Origin: Squalus acanthias
Lineage: Eukaryota
DNA length: 64,000 nucleotides
Direction: 5' to 3'
Assembly: GCA_030390025.1 (NCBI GenBank)
Contig: CM059425.1
Span: 172,920,001 to 172,984,000 of the forward strand
Part shown: one piece after another, positions 12,455 through 23,507 of the stretch
Position numbering within the stretch: position 1 is the stretch's first letter
Layout of the letters: every line of letters starts with the position of its first letter
Notes under the pieces: generated by a model
Database searches by the model: none
The model's input: only the letters and a program-made list of their open reading frames with translations
Told to the model about the DNA's origin: nothing
Translations under genes and position numbers: made by a program

Positions 12455-14390
12455 GGGGCATGAGGCCTTCCGGACAGAATGCCAGAAGGCAGTGGGAGGA
12501 GATAGCACAAGCTGTTAGTGCCATGTGTGTTGTCCCCAGGACCTGGATCCAGTGCCACAAGAAGTTTAATGACGTCACACGAGTGGTCAAGGTGAATGAA
12601 TGCATCTTCAAATGCCATATTTGCCATATATTTAAGAAGGAGATAGATAGATTTCTAGACACAAAAGGCATCAAGGGGTATGGGGAGAGAGCGGGAATAT
12701 GGTATTGAGATAGAGGATCAGCCATGATCATATTGAATGGCGGAGCAGGCTCGAAGGGCCGAATGACCTACTCCTGCTCCTATTTTTCTATGTTTCTATA
12801 TCCCACCAACTGCACCACTAGCCTCACAGACTGCTCAAAGCACCTATCACTCACTTACCAACAATCTCTAGCAATCAAGACTCATACCTTACAATCATAG
12901 CTTCACCTCACCCGCACACACTTACCACTGCTGCAAGCCTCACACCTTACACACAATGTCAGCTATTCAACCATGACAGGCACATCACCCAAAAACATTG
13001 CACCACACTTCCCTTTCTCTTGCAGGCCAAGAAGGCTCACAACCGCCATGAGCAGCAGCAGACAGGCAGGGGTGAAGCATGTCTTCAAAATCTTACTGCA
13101 CTGGAGGACACAGTGCTGGAGATCATTGGAGGGACCGTCACTGAGGCTGTAGTGAGCGGCGAGGTTGAAAGCATTGATGCTGATGGTATGCTCATACCTA
13201 ATCGTTCTTATCATATCCCACTTCCCCCTCATCGCACAATCTTTTCTCACTTACAAGCTGCTGATAGTGTAAACTTGCACATCTTGCTTTCCCCCTCGTC
13301 CCCCACCACAACCCGACCCTTGTGCCTTTCTTTTTTCAGATATCCAAGAACTGCCAGCAGCCCAGCCAGTCCCATCCAAGTAGAGGAGGAGAGTGATGAA
13401 GAAGAAGAGGCACTGTCACTTGATCTGACACTCCCAGGCACCAGCTCAGAAAACGCCACTGCACAAACTTTAGAGGGTAGTATAGAGATGGGATCGGCAC
13501 GTGGTGAATCACTGGGCATGAGTGGGCTGCAGCCAGGCGAGGGGGAAAGGATAGCTTGAGTGCCAGCTCCCTGGAAGGTGAGTTCGCACACACAACTCAG
13601 ATGATGACTTTGATGGGGCGGTCTTCAGAAGAAGGGTGATGGGCACTCACACAGAAATACTTGGAGCAATGGCAGGCCTTCTCTTGTCAGTGTCAAGGAG
13701 CATGGAGAAGTCTGGCTCCAACATAGCACAGGGCTTTGCGCGAAGCTTGGAGCCCATGATTTCCAAGATGGACGTGATGGGAAACTGCATTAGAGACCTT
13801 GTGGATCCAACCATGATGCTGGGTGTGATGGGCGATGTCGCAGCTTCCATTGCAGCACAAGTGGAAGCGACCCAATGTCTGAGTGCTGCAGTGGAAGCTC
13901 AGACTGCTCTCATGCAGGCTCAGTTTGCTGCCACGCAAGCTCAGACTGTTGCCATCGTGGCTGGGTTTACACGTGTGGAAAGGGGCTTGCAGGGTGTCAC
14001 AGCAGTCCAGTAATCTGTGCTCCAACAGATTACTAGGATTGCTGAGGCACCGCCCCAGGGGAGTGGCAGTGGCTCCATGGAGCATAAACCTGCTGTCCTC
14101 TCTCAGGATGACAGCATTCGTACTCCCACCACTGCCACTCCACCAGTGCCCTTGCTGCTGCCTGTCAGCCCAGACTGCTGCCGCCCATGCCGAGATGGTG
14201 CAGTCTACGGCTGGGCCTTCTAGGCCCAGAGGTGCTCGAGGTTGTCTTACAAGGCCACTTGCAGTGCCACCACTGAAAGTCAGCAGCCTTCCACCAGCCA
14301 TGCTACAGCCACTAGGGTAGCACTGCGTAGGAGCACTAGAATAGGCAAAGGAACACAAAAAACATACACTAAGGGAATGCACAAGGGTGA
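12455..14390 (+). pseudogene. Harbinger Myb/SANT gene; exon 1 remnant to ~12591, exon 2 ~13026-13186, exon 3 ~13340-14390
   Basis: WEEIAQAVSA...PRTWIQCHKKFNDVTRVVK then a GT donor; AKKAHNR...TGRGEA exon; internal stops and frameshifts. Confidence 0.85.
12626..12799 (+). mobile_element. Short CR1 3' fragment in Myb intron 1
   Basis: IFKKEIDRFLDTKGIKGYGERAGIWY* plus CR1 3'UTR. Confidence 0.85.
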
Positions 14391-14549
14391 TTAGCTAATG
14401 TTGTTGTGTAGTTTTGAATTGATACATTTATAAATTATGTTGGGAATGTTTGTTTTGTGGTGACTCTCATTTCAGCTTTGTGCCCAAGAGGACACTGTGA
14501 TGTTCTGGGACAGAGGGATGGTAAGTTGGGGAAGTGGTGGGATATGGGA

Positions 14550-14705
14550 ATCTGGGGTACCCGAGTCTGATGAGGCGCTCACGGACAGCCCGTCCGGAAT
14601 GGGAATCTGCTGCCTGCCTTCTCCCTTGCTCCTCCTCCTCCTCCACTTCCTCCTCCTCCTCTTCCTCCTCCTCCTCCTCCTCTTCCTCTTCCTCCTCTTC
14701 CTCTT

Positions 14706-14736
<31 letters not shown>

Positions 14737-14744
14737 TTCCTCTT

Positions 14745-14802
<58 letters not shown>

Positions 14803-14810
14803 TTCCTCTT

Positions 14811-14850
<40 letters not shown>

Positions 14851-15740
14851 TTCCTCCTCCTCCTTTTCCTCTTCCTCTTCCTCCTCCTCCTCCTCCTCCT
14901 CCTGAAGTGGTCACGGAACCTGTGGTGGAAAGGGCTGCGCCCTCATGATGGCCAAGTTGTGGAGGATGCAGCAGACCACCACGAAATGGGACATCCACTC
15001 CAGCGAGTACCGTAGGGCTCCTCCCAAGTGATCAAGGCAGCGGAACCGTTGATTGAGCATCCCGATGGTCTGCTCGATGACATTCCTGGTGGCAGCATGA
15101 CTGTCATTATATGAGTGGTGGGGTTGCGGAGGGGAGTCATCAGCTAGGTGTACAGCGGATAGCCCTTGTCTCCGAGCAGTTACTCTCGGGTTCGACGTGG
15201 TGGCTGGAAAATTGCTGGCACAGCAGACTGGCGCAGGATGAAGGCATCATGACTGCTGCCAGGATACTGGGCATTCACCATCATGATGTGCTGGGCGTAG
15301 TCGCACACCAACTGCACATTAAGTGAGTGGTAATTTTTGCGGTTGCGGTACATCTCAGGATTGACATGCGGCGTCCGTAAAACCACATGTGTGCAGTCGA
15401 TGGCGCCCTGCACCATGGGGAAGGCCGATATGCTGGCAAAGCCACATGCGCGTGCTCCTCCTGCTTATCTCTGTTCAGAGAGAAGACAATGAAGTCCCTT
15501 CTCCTGGAGTACACAGCCTCTGTGACCTCTCGAATGCAGCGATGTATGGTGTAATGGGAAATGTTCGCTATGTCTCCTGCTCCAGACTGGAAGGATCTGG
15601 TGGCAAAAAAATTGAGGGCCACGGTGACCTTGAAGGCCTGACTCAGAGCGTCATTGCCCTGCTCTAAGGCTGCAGGTCTGGTTGCAGGAGGTGGCAGAGT
15701 TCTGTGACCACCTCCTTGGTGAAGCGGAGCCTCCTAATAC
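14550..15740 (-). pseudogene. Harbinger transposase, 5'-truncated, with frameshifts
   Basis: [58 protein letters not shown]. Confidence 0.9.
14630..14902. repeat. (CCT/CTT)n microsatellite in the transposase acidic tail
   Basis: About 270 bp of CCT/CTT triplets, equivalent to about 90 Glu codons on the minus strand. Confidence 0.95.
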
Positions 15741-15787
15741 ATATGGGAGCTGGGTTGTGGTCGCGATTTTTTTCGCTGAATTTAACT

Positions 15788-16670
15788 ACCCACCCACTCC
15801 CAACCCACCCAATCTCAACCCACCCAATCTCAACCCACCCAATCTCAACCCACCCAATCCCAACCCACCAAATCCCAACCCACCCAATCCCAACCCACCC
15901 AATCTCAACCCACCCAATCTCAACCCACCCAATCCCAACCCACTCACTCCCAGCCCGCCCAATCCCAACCCACCCATTTCCAACCCGCCCACTCCCAACC
16001 CACCCAATCCCAACCCACCCATTTCCAACCCGCCCACTCCCAACCCACCCAATCCCAACCCACCCAATCCCAACCCACCCAATCCCAACCCACCCACTCC
16101 CAACCCACCCAATCCCAACCCACCCACTCCCAGCCCGCCCACTCCCAGCCCGCCCACTCCCAACCCACTCACTCCCAGCCCGCCCACTCCCAACACGCCC
16201 ACTCCCAACCCGCCTAATCCCAACCCACTCACTCCCAGCCCACCCACTCCCAACCCGCCCACTCCCAACCCACCCACTCCCAACCCGCCCACTCCCAACC
16301 CGCCCACTCCCAGCCCACCCAATCCCAACCCGCCCACTCCCAACCCGCCCACTTCCAACCCACCCACTTCCAACCCGCCCACTCCCAACCCGCCCACTCC
16401 CAACCCGCCCACTCCCAACCCGCCCACTCCCAACCCGCCCACTCCCAACCCACCCACTCCCAACCCGCCCACTCCCAACCCGCCCACTTCCAACCCACCC
16501 ACTCCCAACCCATCCACTCCCAACCCGCCCACTTCCAACCCACCCACTCCCAACCCATCCACTCCCAACCCGCCCACTCCCAGCCCGCCCACTTCCAACC
16601 CATCCACTCCCAACCCGCCCACTCCCAGCCCGCCCACTCCCAGCCCGTCTACTCCCAACCCACCCATTCC
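15788..16670. repeat. 15-bp minisatellite, about 58-59 units of CCCACTCCCAACCCR
   Basis: Direct tandem repeat; minus strand reads (GGGTTGGGAGTGGGY)n. Confidence 0.95.
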
Positions 16671-16756
16671 TGCCATTAAAATTTCCCTCCAGTGTCTTCA
16701 TCCGTCGTTGGTTGAAGTCTGTTTTACTACAAAGTCATAGCTGTGGAAGTCTCTAT

Positions 16757-18515
16757 GGGTTGGATTTTACCAACTTTGGCAGGTCTGTTGTGCGCGACGT
16801 CGGTGGCCGTCCTGGCCTCGCTGCCGGCTCCAGCCCACTGTCCAAAATGATTTTCCCATGATTGGGCTTGTTAAGCCCTTCCAGCACGTTTGCCGGCCAA
16901 TTGAAGGAAGCGGGTCTGATGACATCATTTGATGACGCGTCATCAGCCAGTTTCCTTAAACGGACAATGCGCAAATTTATTTTGACAGTTCTGCTGCCAG
17001 TGTTCTACAGCACTGAGGTGCATGGCTGCACCCAGGCTCTCCCATGACTCCCTCCATATGCGTATGGAGGGAGTCACAGCATGCAGGCAGGTTCTCGTCC
17101 CTTCCAATGGGCGGAAGAGACCTCCCCAGGAGACCAACGCAGCCTGGTTGCGCAATACACAGGAGGGCACAAGCAGGAATGTCGTCAGGAGGACCAGGCT
17201 GCAGTGGCGCAAACCTTTCAATGATCTCAGTAGATCACGAAACGTTACTACAAAGCAACACTCAACCTCATCCTGCTGTGCCACTCATCACATCCCCATC
17301 ACTCTGCCTTCCCTACCCTACTCCTGCACATCCTTACTCACACCAACTTACCTTGCACCTCCATCCATCCCTCTCTATCTACATTATCACTTCCCCATCT
17401 CACTAGCCACCCCTCACATTCACCCTCATCCTAGTCCAATCATATCAACTAACAACACACAAGGGTAGGCACTTGTGTGTTTTATGCAATGTTCATGTGA
17501 AGTTTCTGTTAATGTGGTGTCAAACATTGAAACCTTTATTAAGAACACTTTGCGTTCTTGGAGAGATTTGTGTGCACCTTTGGAAGTGGCTTAGTAAGTG
17601 GCAGTGAATGGTGAGACATAACGTACCCGCCCCCCCCCCCCCCCCCCCCGCAATGGTGATGAGTGCGAAAAGAATGGCTTGGGCATTGTAGGGATGCTTT
17701 ATGTTGTTGGTGCGGACCTGGTGCATCATGTGGTAGCCAGGGTGTACAGCATCAGGTGAAGTAAATCTGGCTATGGTGAGGCCATCCCTGGCCTCCTGGG
17801 CAGCAATCTGCTTGGGTGCTGATGCCCTGTGTCCTGTGCAGCATTAGTTGATTGCGGAGAAGGTTGGTGTTGTTGTTGGTGCTGCTGGTGTGCCTGGTAC
17901 TGCTGGTGTTGGGGCTCATTGTGGTCAGATTCTGAGGACCAAGGTGAGAGAGTATAAACCATAACCATTCTGGTGTAATAGATGTCGGTGAACTTGAGAT
18001 GACCGTAGCAATCTGTCAGTGGTGAGAGAGGTTGTTTCAATGAGGTGACACTGGAAAGAGAGTTTGCTCCAAACACTTGCAACCTGCATAAAGCTCGATC
18101 TGTCTTTCAAATGCAGTAAGCAACAGCTTCTGAGCTTGCAAAGTGAATAGCTGTGAGATGGGAGCTTTTATAGCACATTTGCAACTGTCAAGTAATGAGA
18201 TGATTCCATGGCCATTCAACTCCCGCTCTGCTTACCTGACGTGATCCCCGAGCAGCGTGGACCCTGTGGGCGACCTGGTAAACTCTGAAGGTGAGCTGAA
18301 ATTAGTTCTTAATGGGCTGCTAACAAGGTCATAATGACCTGAATTGCCTCCCTCGCCGCTGCATGTCGGGTCTGCTCAGCGCTGACAGTCCCGACATTTG
18401 GGAGAGGCGCGTTGTGGCGGGTTGACACCGGGGTCCCAACCCGCTGTCAAAAAAAGCCATTTCTCACCCGACCCGCCACTGATCGCGCCCGCTAATCCCC
18501 CCGGAAAATTCCCCT
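16757..18515. mobile_element. Internally deleted Harbinger element
   Basis: Degenerate TIRs GGGTTGGATTTT / AAAATTCCCCC; Myb exon 1 remnant on + (AAPRLSHDSL...QWRKPFNDL, ~17020-17240); transposase N-terminus on - (LSPWSSESDH + Gln-rich, ~17800-17970). Confidence 0.75.
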
Positions 18516-18807
18516 TTTTGTCTCTTCAGCTTCCTCGGAGCAAGCACCTCATCCTCTACTACAGCTCCCTCTTTCCTGTTATTGCTTGTGGCCAAACTGA
18601 TAAGGTAGGCGCTACACGCAAGATAAGCTTACAAGAGAAATTCCAACCACAGATTCCAGATGGACAAGTAGGAGGACCATTGAACCATGGTGCACCGTGC
18701 ATGGTAACTTGTCATTCTATTTAAATTCTTTGACTGTAATGCTGACTATAACCCATTCATTTAAAACGGGTTATCATCAGTATTACGATCAGAAAATCTA
18801 GGCCAAG

Positions 18808-19742
18808 ATGTAGGAGGTACGATCAGTAAGTTCGCAGATGACACGAAAATTGGTGGAGTGGTAAATAGCGAGGAGGGAAGCCTCAGGCTACAGGACGATA
18901 TAGACGGGTTGGTCAGATGGGCAGAACAGTGGCAAATGGAATTTAACCCTGAAAAGTGTGAGGTGATGCATTTTGGGAGGACTAACAAGGCAAGGGAATA
19001 CACAATGAATGGTAGGACCCTAGGAAGGACAGAGGATCAGAGGGACCTTGGTGTGCATGTACATAGATCCCTGAAGGCAGCAGGACAGGTAGATAAGGTG
19101 GTTAAAAAGGCATATGGGATACTTGCCTTCATTAACCGAAGCATAGAATATAAGAGCAAGGAGGTTATGATGGAGCTGTACAAAACGCTAGTTAGGCCAC
19201 AGCTGGAATACTGTGTGCAGTTCTGGTCGCTACACTATAGGAAGGATGTGATTGCATTGGAGAGGGTGCAGAGGAGATTCACCAGGATGTTACCTGGGCT
19301 GGAGCGCTTCAGCTATGAAGAGAGACTGGACAGGCTGGGGTTGTTTTCCTTCGAGCAGAGAAGGCTGAGGGGGGACCTGATTGAGGTGTACAAAATTATG
19401 AGGGGCATAGATAGGGTAGATAGAAAGGAACTTTTCCCCTTAGTAGAGGGGTCAATAACCAGGGGGCATAGTTTCAAGGTAAGGGGCAGGAGGTTTCGAG
19501 GGGATTTGAGGAAAAACTTTTTCACCCAGAGGGTGGTTGGAATCTGGAACTCACTGCCTGAAAGGGTGGTAGAGGCAGGAACCCTCACAACATTCAAGAA
19601 GCATTTAGATGAGCACTTGAAACGCCATAGCATACAAGGCTACGGACCAAGTGCTGGAAAATGGGACTAGAATAGATAGGACTTGATGGCCGGCGCGGAC
19701 ACGATGGGCCGAAGGGCCTCTTTCTGTGCTGTATAACTCTAT
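18808..19742 (+). mobile_element. CR1 LINE, 5'-truncated, with an uninterrupted ORF2 C-terminus (to 19670)
   Basis: FADDTK upstream; LQDDIDGLVRWAEQWQMEFNPEKC...LVRPQLEYCVQFW...RGDLIEVYKIM...; Harbinger inserted in its tail. Confidence 0.95.
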
Positions 19743-20102
19743 GGGGGAGAAATTCAGTATCGCCCCATTTGGGGCGCAATTATCGGCCGGGCGCAAAGAT
19801 TAGCGCCTGGCGCTAATTATCGCCACCGACTGCAAACTTGACTTTTATCGCCCCTGGAGGTGATTGGAGCGCTAAATCAGGCGCTACACACCTGTCTTAA
19901 GGCGCAAAGGCAGAGGAGCGAGGTGCTAAACAGAGCGCGGGCGCAGCGCAGGTGCTGTCAGTTAGCGATGGAACACAGACACACTGGCGCCGGACAGTTC
20001 TTAAAGGGGAGGGTCAATCTTGCACTCCAGCCACACCCTGCTCATTGGAGCCTTGAATCTCGGCCTGGAGAGACCTGTGCCTAAATCTTCCAGCCAAGGA
20101 CT

Positions 20103-21915
20103 ATGGAGAGGGTGAGAGAACGAGCTCAGCGCTTCAGCGAGCGGGCCTTGGATGCTCTGGTTGGCGCGGTGGAGCGCAGAAGATCTATACTCTTCCCTGA
20201 GAGTGGCAGGAGGCCTTTGCCGCGCGAGTACAGAAGAGTGTGGAGGGAGGTGGCTCAGAGCGTCTCCTCCAGGAGCATGGTGCCCAGGACCCATATACAA
20301 TGTCGAAAAAAGTTCAACGACCTCACTCGTATCATCAGGGTGAGTGGCTTTTTTTCAATACCTCTCCATCACTCCATCTCAACCTCACTCTATGGCCAGA
20401 GGGTCTTAAAACCCCAATGCACAACACTCATCCAACACCTGTGGCCCTCTCATGAAACACACACACGCACATTCCACACTATGCATACAGTAAGGGCTAT
20501 TCACCTATGGGAGGCACATCAGGCAAGACCATGGCTGCATACAGTAAGGGCTATTCACCTATGGGAGGCACATCAGGCAAGACCATGGCTGTATATTTAC
20601 TCAGACACCGTCCTTTTTCTTGCAGGCCAAGCTATCTCATAATAGGAGACAGCAGCAACGGACGGGTGGAGGGCGGCCTCAGCTGCAACCCCTCAGCGAT
20701 CTTGAGGCACGTGTCCAGAGGATTGTGGCAAGCCGGGTGATCGGTCCCATCGCCACTGGAGACGCCGACCCTGTTCTGGACAGCAATGGTAAGGTCATCA
20801 CCTTTTTGTCCTCTGTCCTTCCACTTGTCCCTCACAACACCAGCCTTTGACACTTTCAATCCAACTTACTAAATCGCTGCACTCATTCCTCCCTTACTGC
20901 CACCCTGTCCTCACGCTAAAGCCACTCTTGTACCTCCCTGCTTTCAGATGGTGATTCACCAGCTGAGGAGACGGGCCTTCAAGCTGCCAGTGGGAGTGAA
21001 GCTGCAGCCGAGGAGGAAGATGAAGGCGGAGCATCAGTGCCACCCTCTCCCGAGGAAGCCCATGCCCACACTGGGAACACGCCTTCCCTGGAGGGGAGTA
21101 AGGGGGAAGGGTCTGATGAGGGTGAAGCTCCAGGACCCAGCGGGCTGCAGCAACGCCATGGGGGTAGGGAAGAACGGGGGCCTTCTCCCCGGAGGGAGAG
21201 TATGCCAGCGAGTCCTACTGCACTGGACGCAGAGGAGGAGCGGCTCATCGCTGAAATGAACACCCAGGCGGTGGGCATGCACACTGAGCTCATGGGTGCA
21301 GTGGGAAGGGTGCCCGAATGCATTGAATTACTGGCAAGGAGTGTGGAGCACTTCGCTGTAGCACAGGCGGATGCCACACTAAAGCTTAGTGCTGCAATTC
21401 AGTCACTGGCTGCCGTGATCCCATCTCTGACTGCTCTCATGCAGACTCAGATTGAGGCCACGCGAGCACTGACTGCTGCCAACCTCGATGGTTCGTACAC
21501 ATTTCCCCGGGGCTCTCACCGCGCCGCAGCAGGCCAGCAATCTGTGCTCCAGCAGATTGCTCCGGATGCTGAAGTGCTGCCCCGTGGGAGTGCCAGTGTG
21601 TCGGTCGAGCAGGGAGTTGCTGTCCTCTCTCAAAATGACAGCATTCCTGCTGCCACCACTGTCACTTCTCCACTGCACTTACCACTGCCTGTAGGACAGA
21701 CTGCTGCCGCCCATGCAGAGTTGGTGCAGTCTGCAGCCGGGCCCTCCAGGCCCAGAGCTGGTCGAGGCCGTCCTTCAAGGGCATCTGCAGTCTCAGGTTC
21801 TGACAATCAGCAGCCTTCCACCAGCCTTGCTGCAGCCACTGAGGTCCCATTACGGAGGGTGGGAAGGGGGGAAGTGCGCAAGGGAAGGAGATCACCCTCG
21901 AAGGGCAAAAAGTAG
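20103..21915 (+). CDS. Harbinger Myb/SANT-like DNA-binding protein; join(20103..20339,20626..20788,20948..21915), 455 aa
   Basis: RFSERALDALV...WREVA...QCRKKFNDL trihelix motif; GT-AG introns (phase 0 then phase 1) join three open frames into 1368 nt with no internal stop; basic C-terminus RKGRRSPSKGKK. Confidence 0.9.
20482..20591 (+). repeat. Perfect 54-bp tandem duplication in Myb intron 1
   Basis: TGCATACAGTAAGGGCTATTCACCTATGGGAGGCACATCAGGCAAGACCATGGC occurs twice. Confidence 0.95.
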
Positions 21916-22214
21916 GAGGTGTGACAAAATGTTAGTCATTTTTTTATTAAAGGCTAAGGTTCGTGGTCAAACTTTTGAACATTATCTCCAGGTTATGAGA
22001 ACCAGTTCTGTTAATGACTGTGTTTTTGTGTTTCTTTCTATTAGTTTGTCATGAGGAAATGACACACACAGAGTTTGTGAAATAAATAAGTTTTTGTATT
22101 CAAAATATACATGTTTGGTCTTTGGAATCATTGGTGCCTTGGCCGGCTTAAGGGTTGCGGGTTGGTTTCATTCATGTTGTTCTCAATGGCAGAAGCCATT
22201 TCCTCAGCAGGGGC

Positions 22215-23364
22215 CTAGAAGCGGCTTGCTATCAGCCGTTGACGGACGGCCCTTCCAGTTGCTACATTGTAGGCCTCCCTCCCGCCTTGATGCTGCTGAT
22301 GATCATCCTCCTCCTCTTCCTCCTCCTCCTCTGGTGGTGCTCCAAGGCCTGGTGGCATTGGCTGGGTCCTGAGGATTGCCATGTTATGCAGCATGCAGCA
22401 CACAACTACGAAGTGGGAAACTCGCTCAGGCGAGTACTGCAGGGCTCCTCCAGAATGGTCCAGACAGCGGAACCGTTGTTTGAGCACGCCGATTGTGTGC
22501 TCAACGATGTTCCTGGTAGCTTGATGGCTCTCGTTGTACCGCAGCTCAGCAGGGGTGTTGGGCGTACGGAGCGGTGTCATCAGCCAAGGTGCTCAGTGGA
22601 TAGCCCTTGTCCCCGAGAAGCCAACCGACTGGCTGATGCGGTGCCTGGAAAAGTCCTGCCACAGTAGTCTGGCGCAGGATGAATGCATCGTGGCAGCTGC
22701 CAGGATAGTGGGCATTGACAGCGAGTATCAGCTGTCTGTGGTCACAGACCAACTGAACGTTCAAGGAATGGAACCCCTTTCTGTTGCGGAAATCCTCGGC
22801 ATTCTCATGCGGAGCACGCAAAGCCACATGCGTGCAGTCAATGGCGCCCTGCACCATGGGGAGGCCCGCTATCCTAGCAAAGCCCATTGCGCGTTCTTGC
22901 TGCTTGTCTGGGGTCATGGGGAAAAAGATGTACTCTCGTCTCCTTTTAAAGAGGGCATTTGTGACCTGACGGATGCAGCAATGCACCGCGAACTGGGAGA
23001 TATTGGCGATGTCCCCAGTAGCAGATTGAAATGAGCCAGTGGCATAAAAGTTCAGAGCCACTGTGATCTTCACTGCCACTGACAGAGACGTCCTGGACCT
23101 CAGTTGAGGCTGCAGATCTGGCTGCAGCAGGTGGCAGAGCTCAGTGACCACCTCCTTGCTGAAGCGCAGCCTTCGCAAACACTGCTCCTCAGACATATGA
23201 ATGTAGGAGACCTGTTGACGAAATACCCTGGGAGGGTAAGGTCTCCTGTACAGAGGCCTGTTGGCCCTCCTCCGTCTGGCCATGATTGCCACTCTCTCTC
23301 TGCGTCTCTGTGTCCTCCGATTCTGGTGGCGCAGGACGACGCCCCCAATCAGTGCAGCCCCCAT
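22215..23364 (-). pseudogene. Harbinger DDE transposase (382 aa if one base is removed)
   Basis: MGAAL start; GAIDCTH, GSCHDAF, LLGDKGY and NIVEHTIGVLKQRFRCL motifs intact; one extra base at 22586-22587 splits ...PLST/WLMTP. Confidence 0.92.
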
Positions 23365-23467
23365 ACTCTCTTGGCAATCAAAGTTATGAAGGCCAAAAAC
23401 CAAAGTACCTGCAAAGTTATGATCAGTAGCCAAAACTACCTCACACAGCGTTGACTCAATGCAGAAG

Positions 23468-23505
<38 letters not shown>
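23468..23505. repeat. (CT)n microsatellite in the transposase 5' region
   Basis: CT dinucleotide run. Confidence 0.9.

Positions 23506-23507
<2 letters not shown>

Larger units (their letters stand above)
12445..15745. mobile_element. Degenerate Harbinger element (family A); both ends lost
   Basis: Myb/SANT gene on + and transposase on -, convergent; closely similar to the 26060 and 60391 copies. Confidence 0.9.

Noticed and set aside
12075..12731. 218-aa and 93-aa ORFs as novel fusion genes
   Set aside because: Chance read-through across L2, Myb and CR1 fragment junctions
14497..15015. Poly-Leu, poly-Ser and RGG-like ORFs
   Set aside because: Alternative frames of the CCT/CTT microsatellite
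15788..16670. CRISPR array or telomeric repeat
   Set aside because: No unique spacers, the unit is not TTAGGG, and the context is eukaryotic
15664..16861. Long Pro-, Gly- or Trp-rich ORFs in several frames
   Set aside because: Artefacts of a stop-free 15-bp tandem repeat
22575..22600. Programmed ribosomal frameshift in the transposase
   Set aside because: No slippery sequence, and the 51414 and 34074 copies read through WLMTP in frame
20103..23364. Domesticated host genes HARBI1 or NAIF1/MSANTD
   Set aside because: Enclosed by TIRs and a TSD, inserted in a LINE tail, with many paralogous decayed copies
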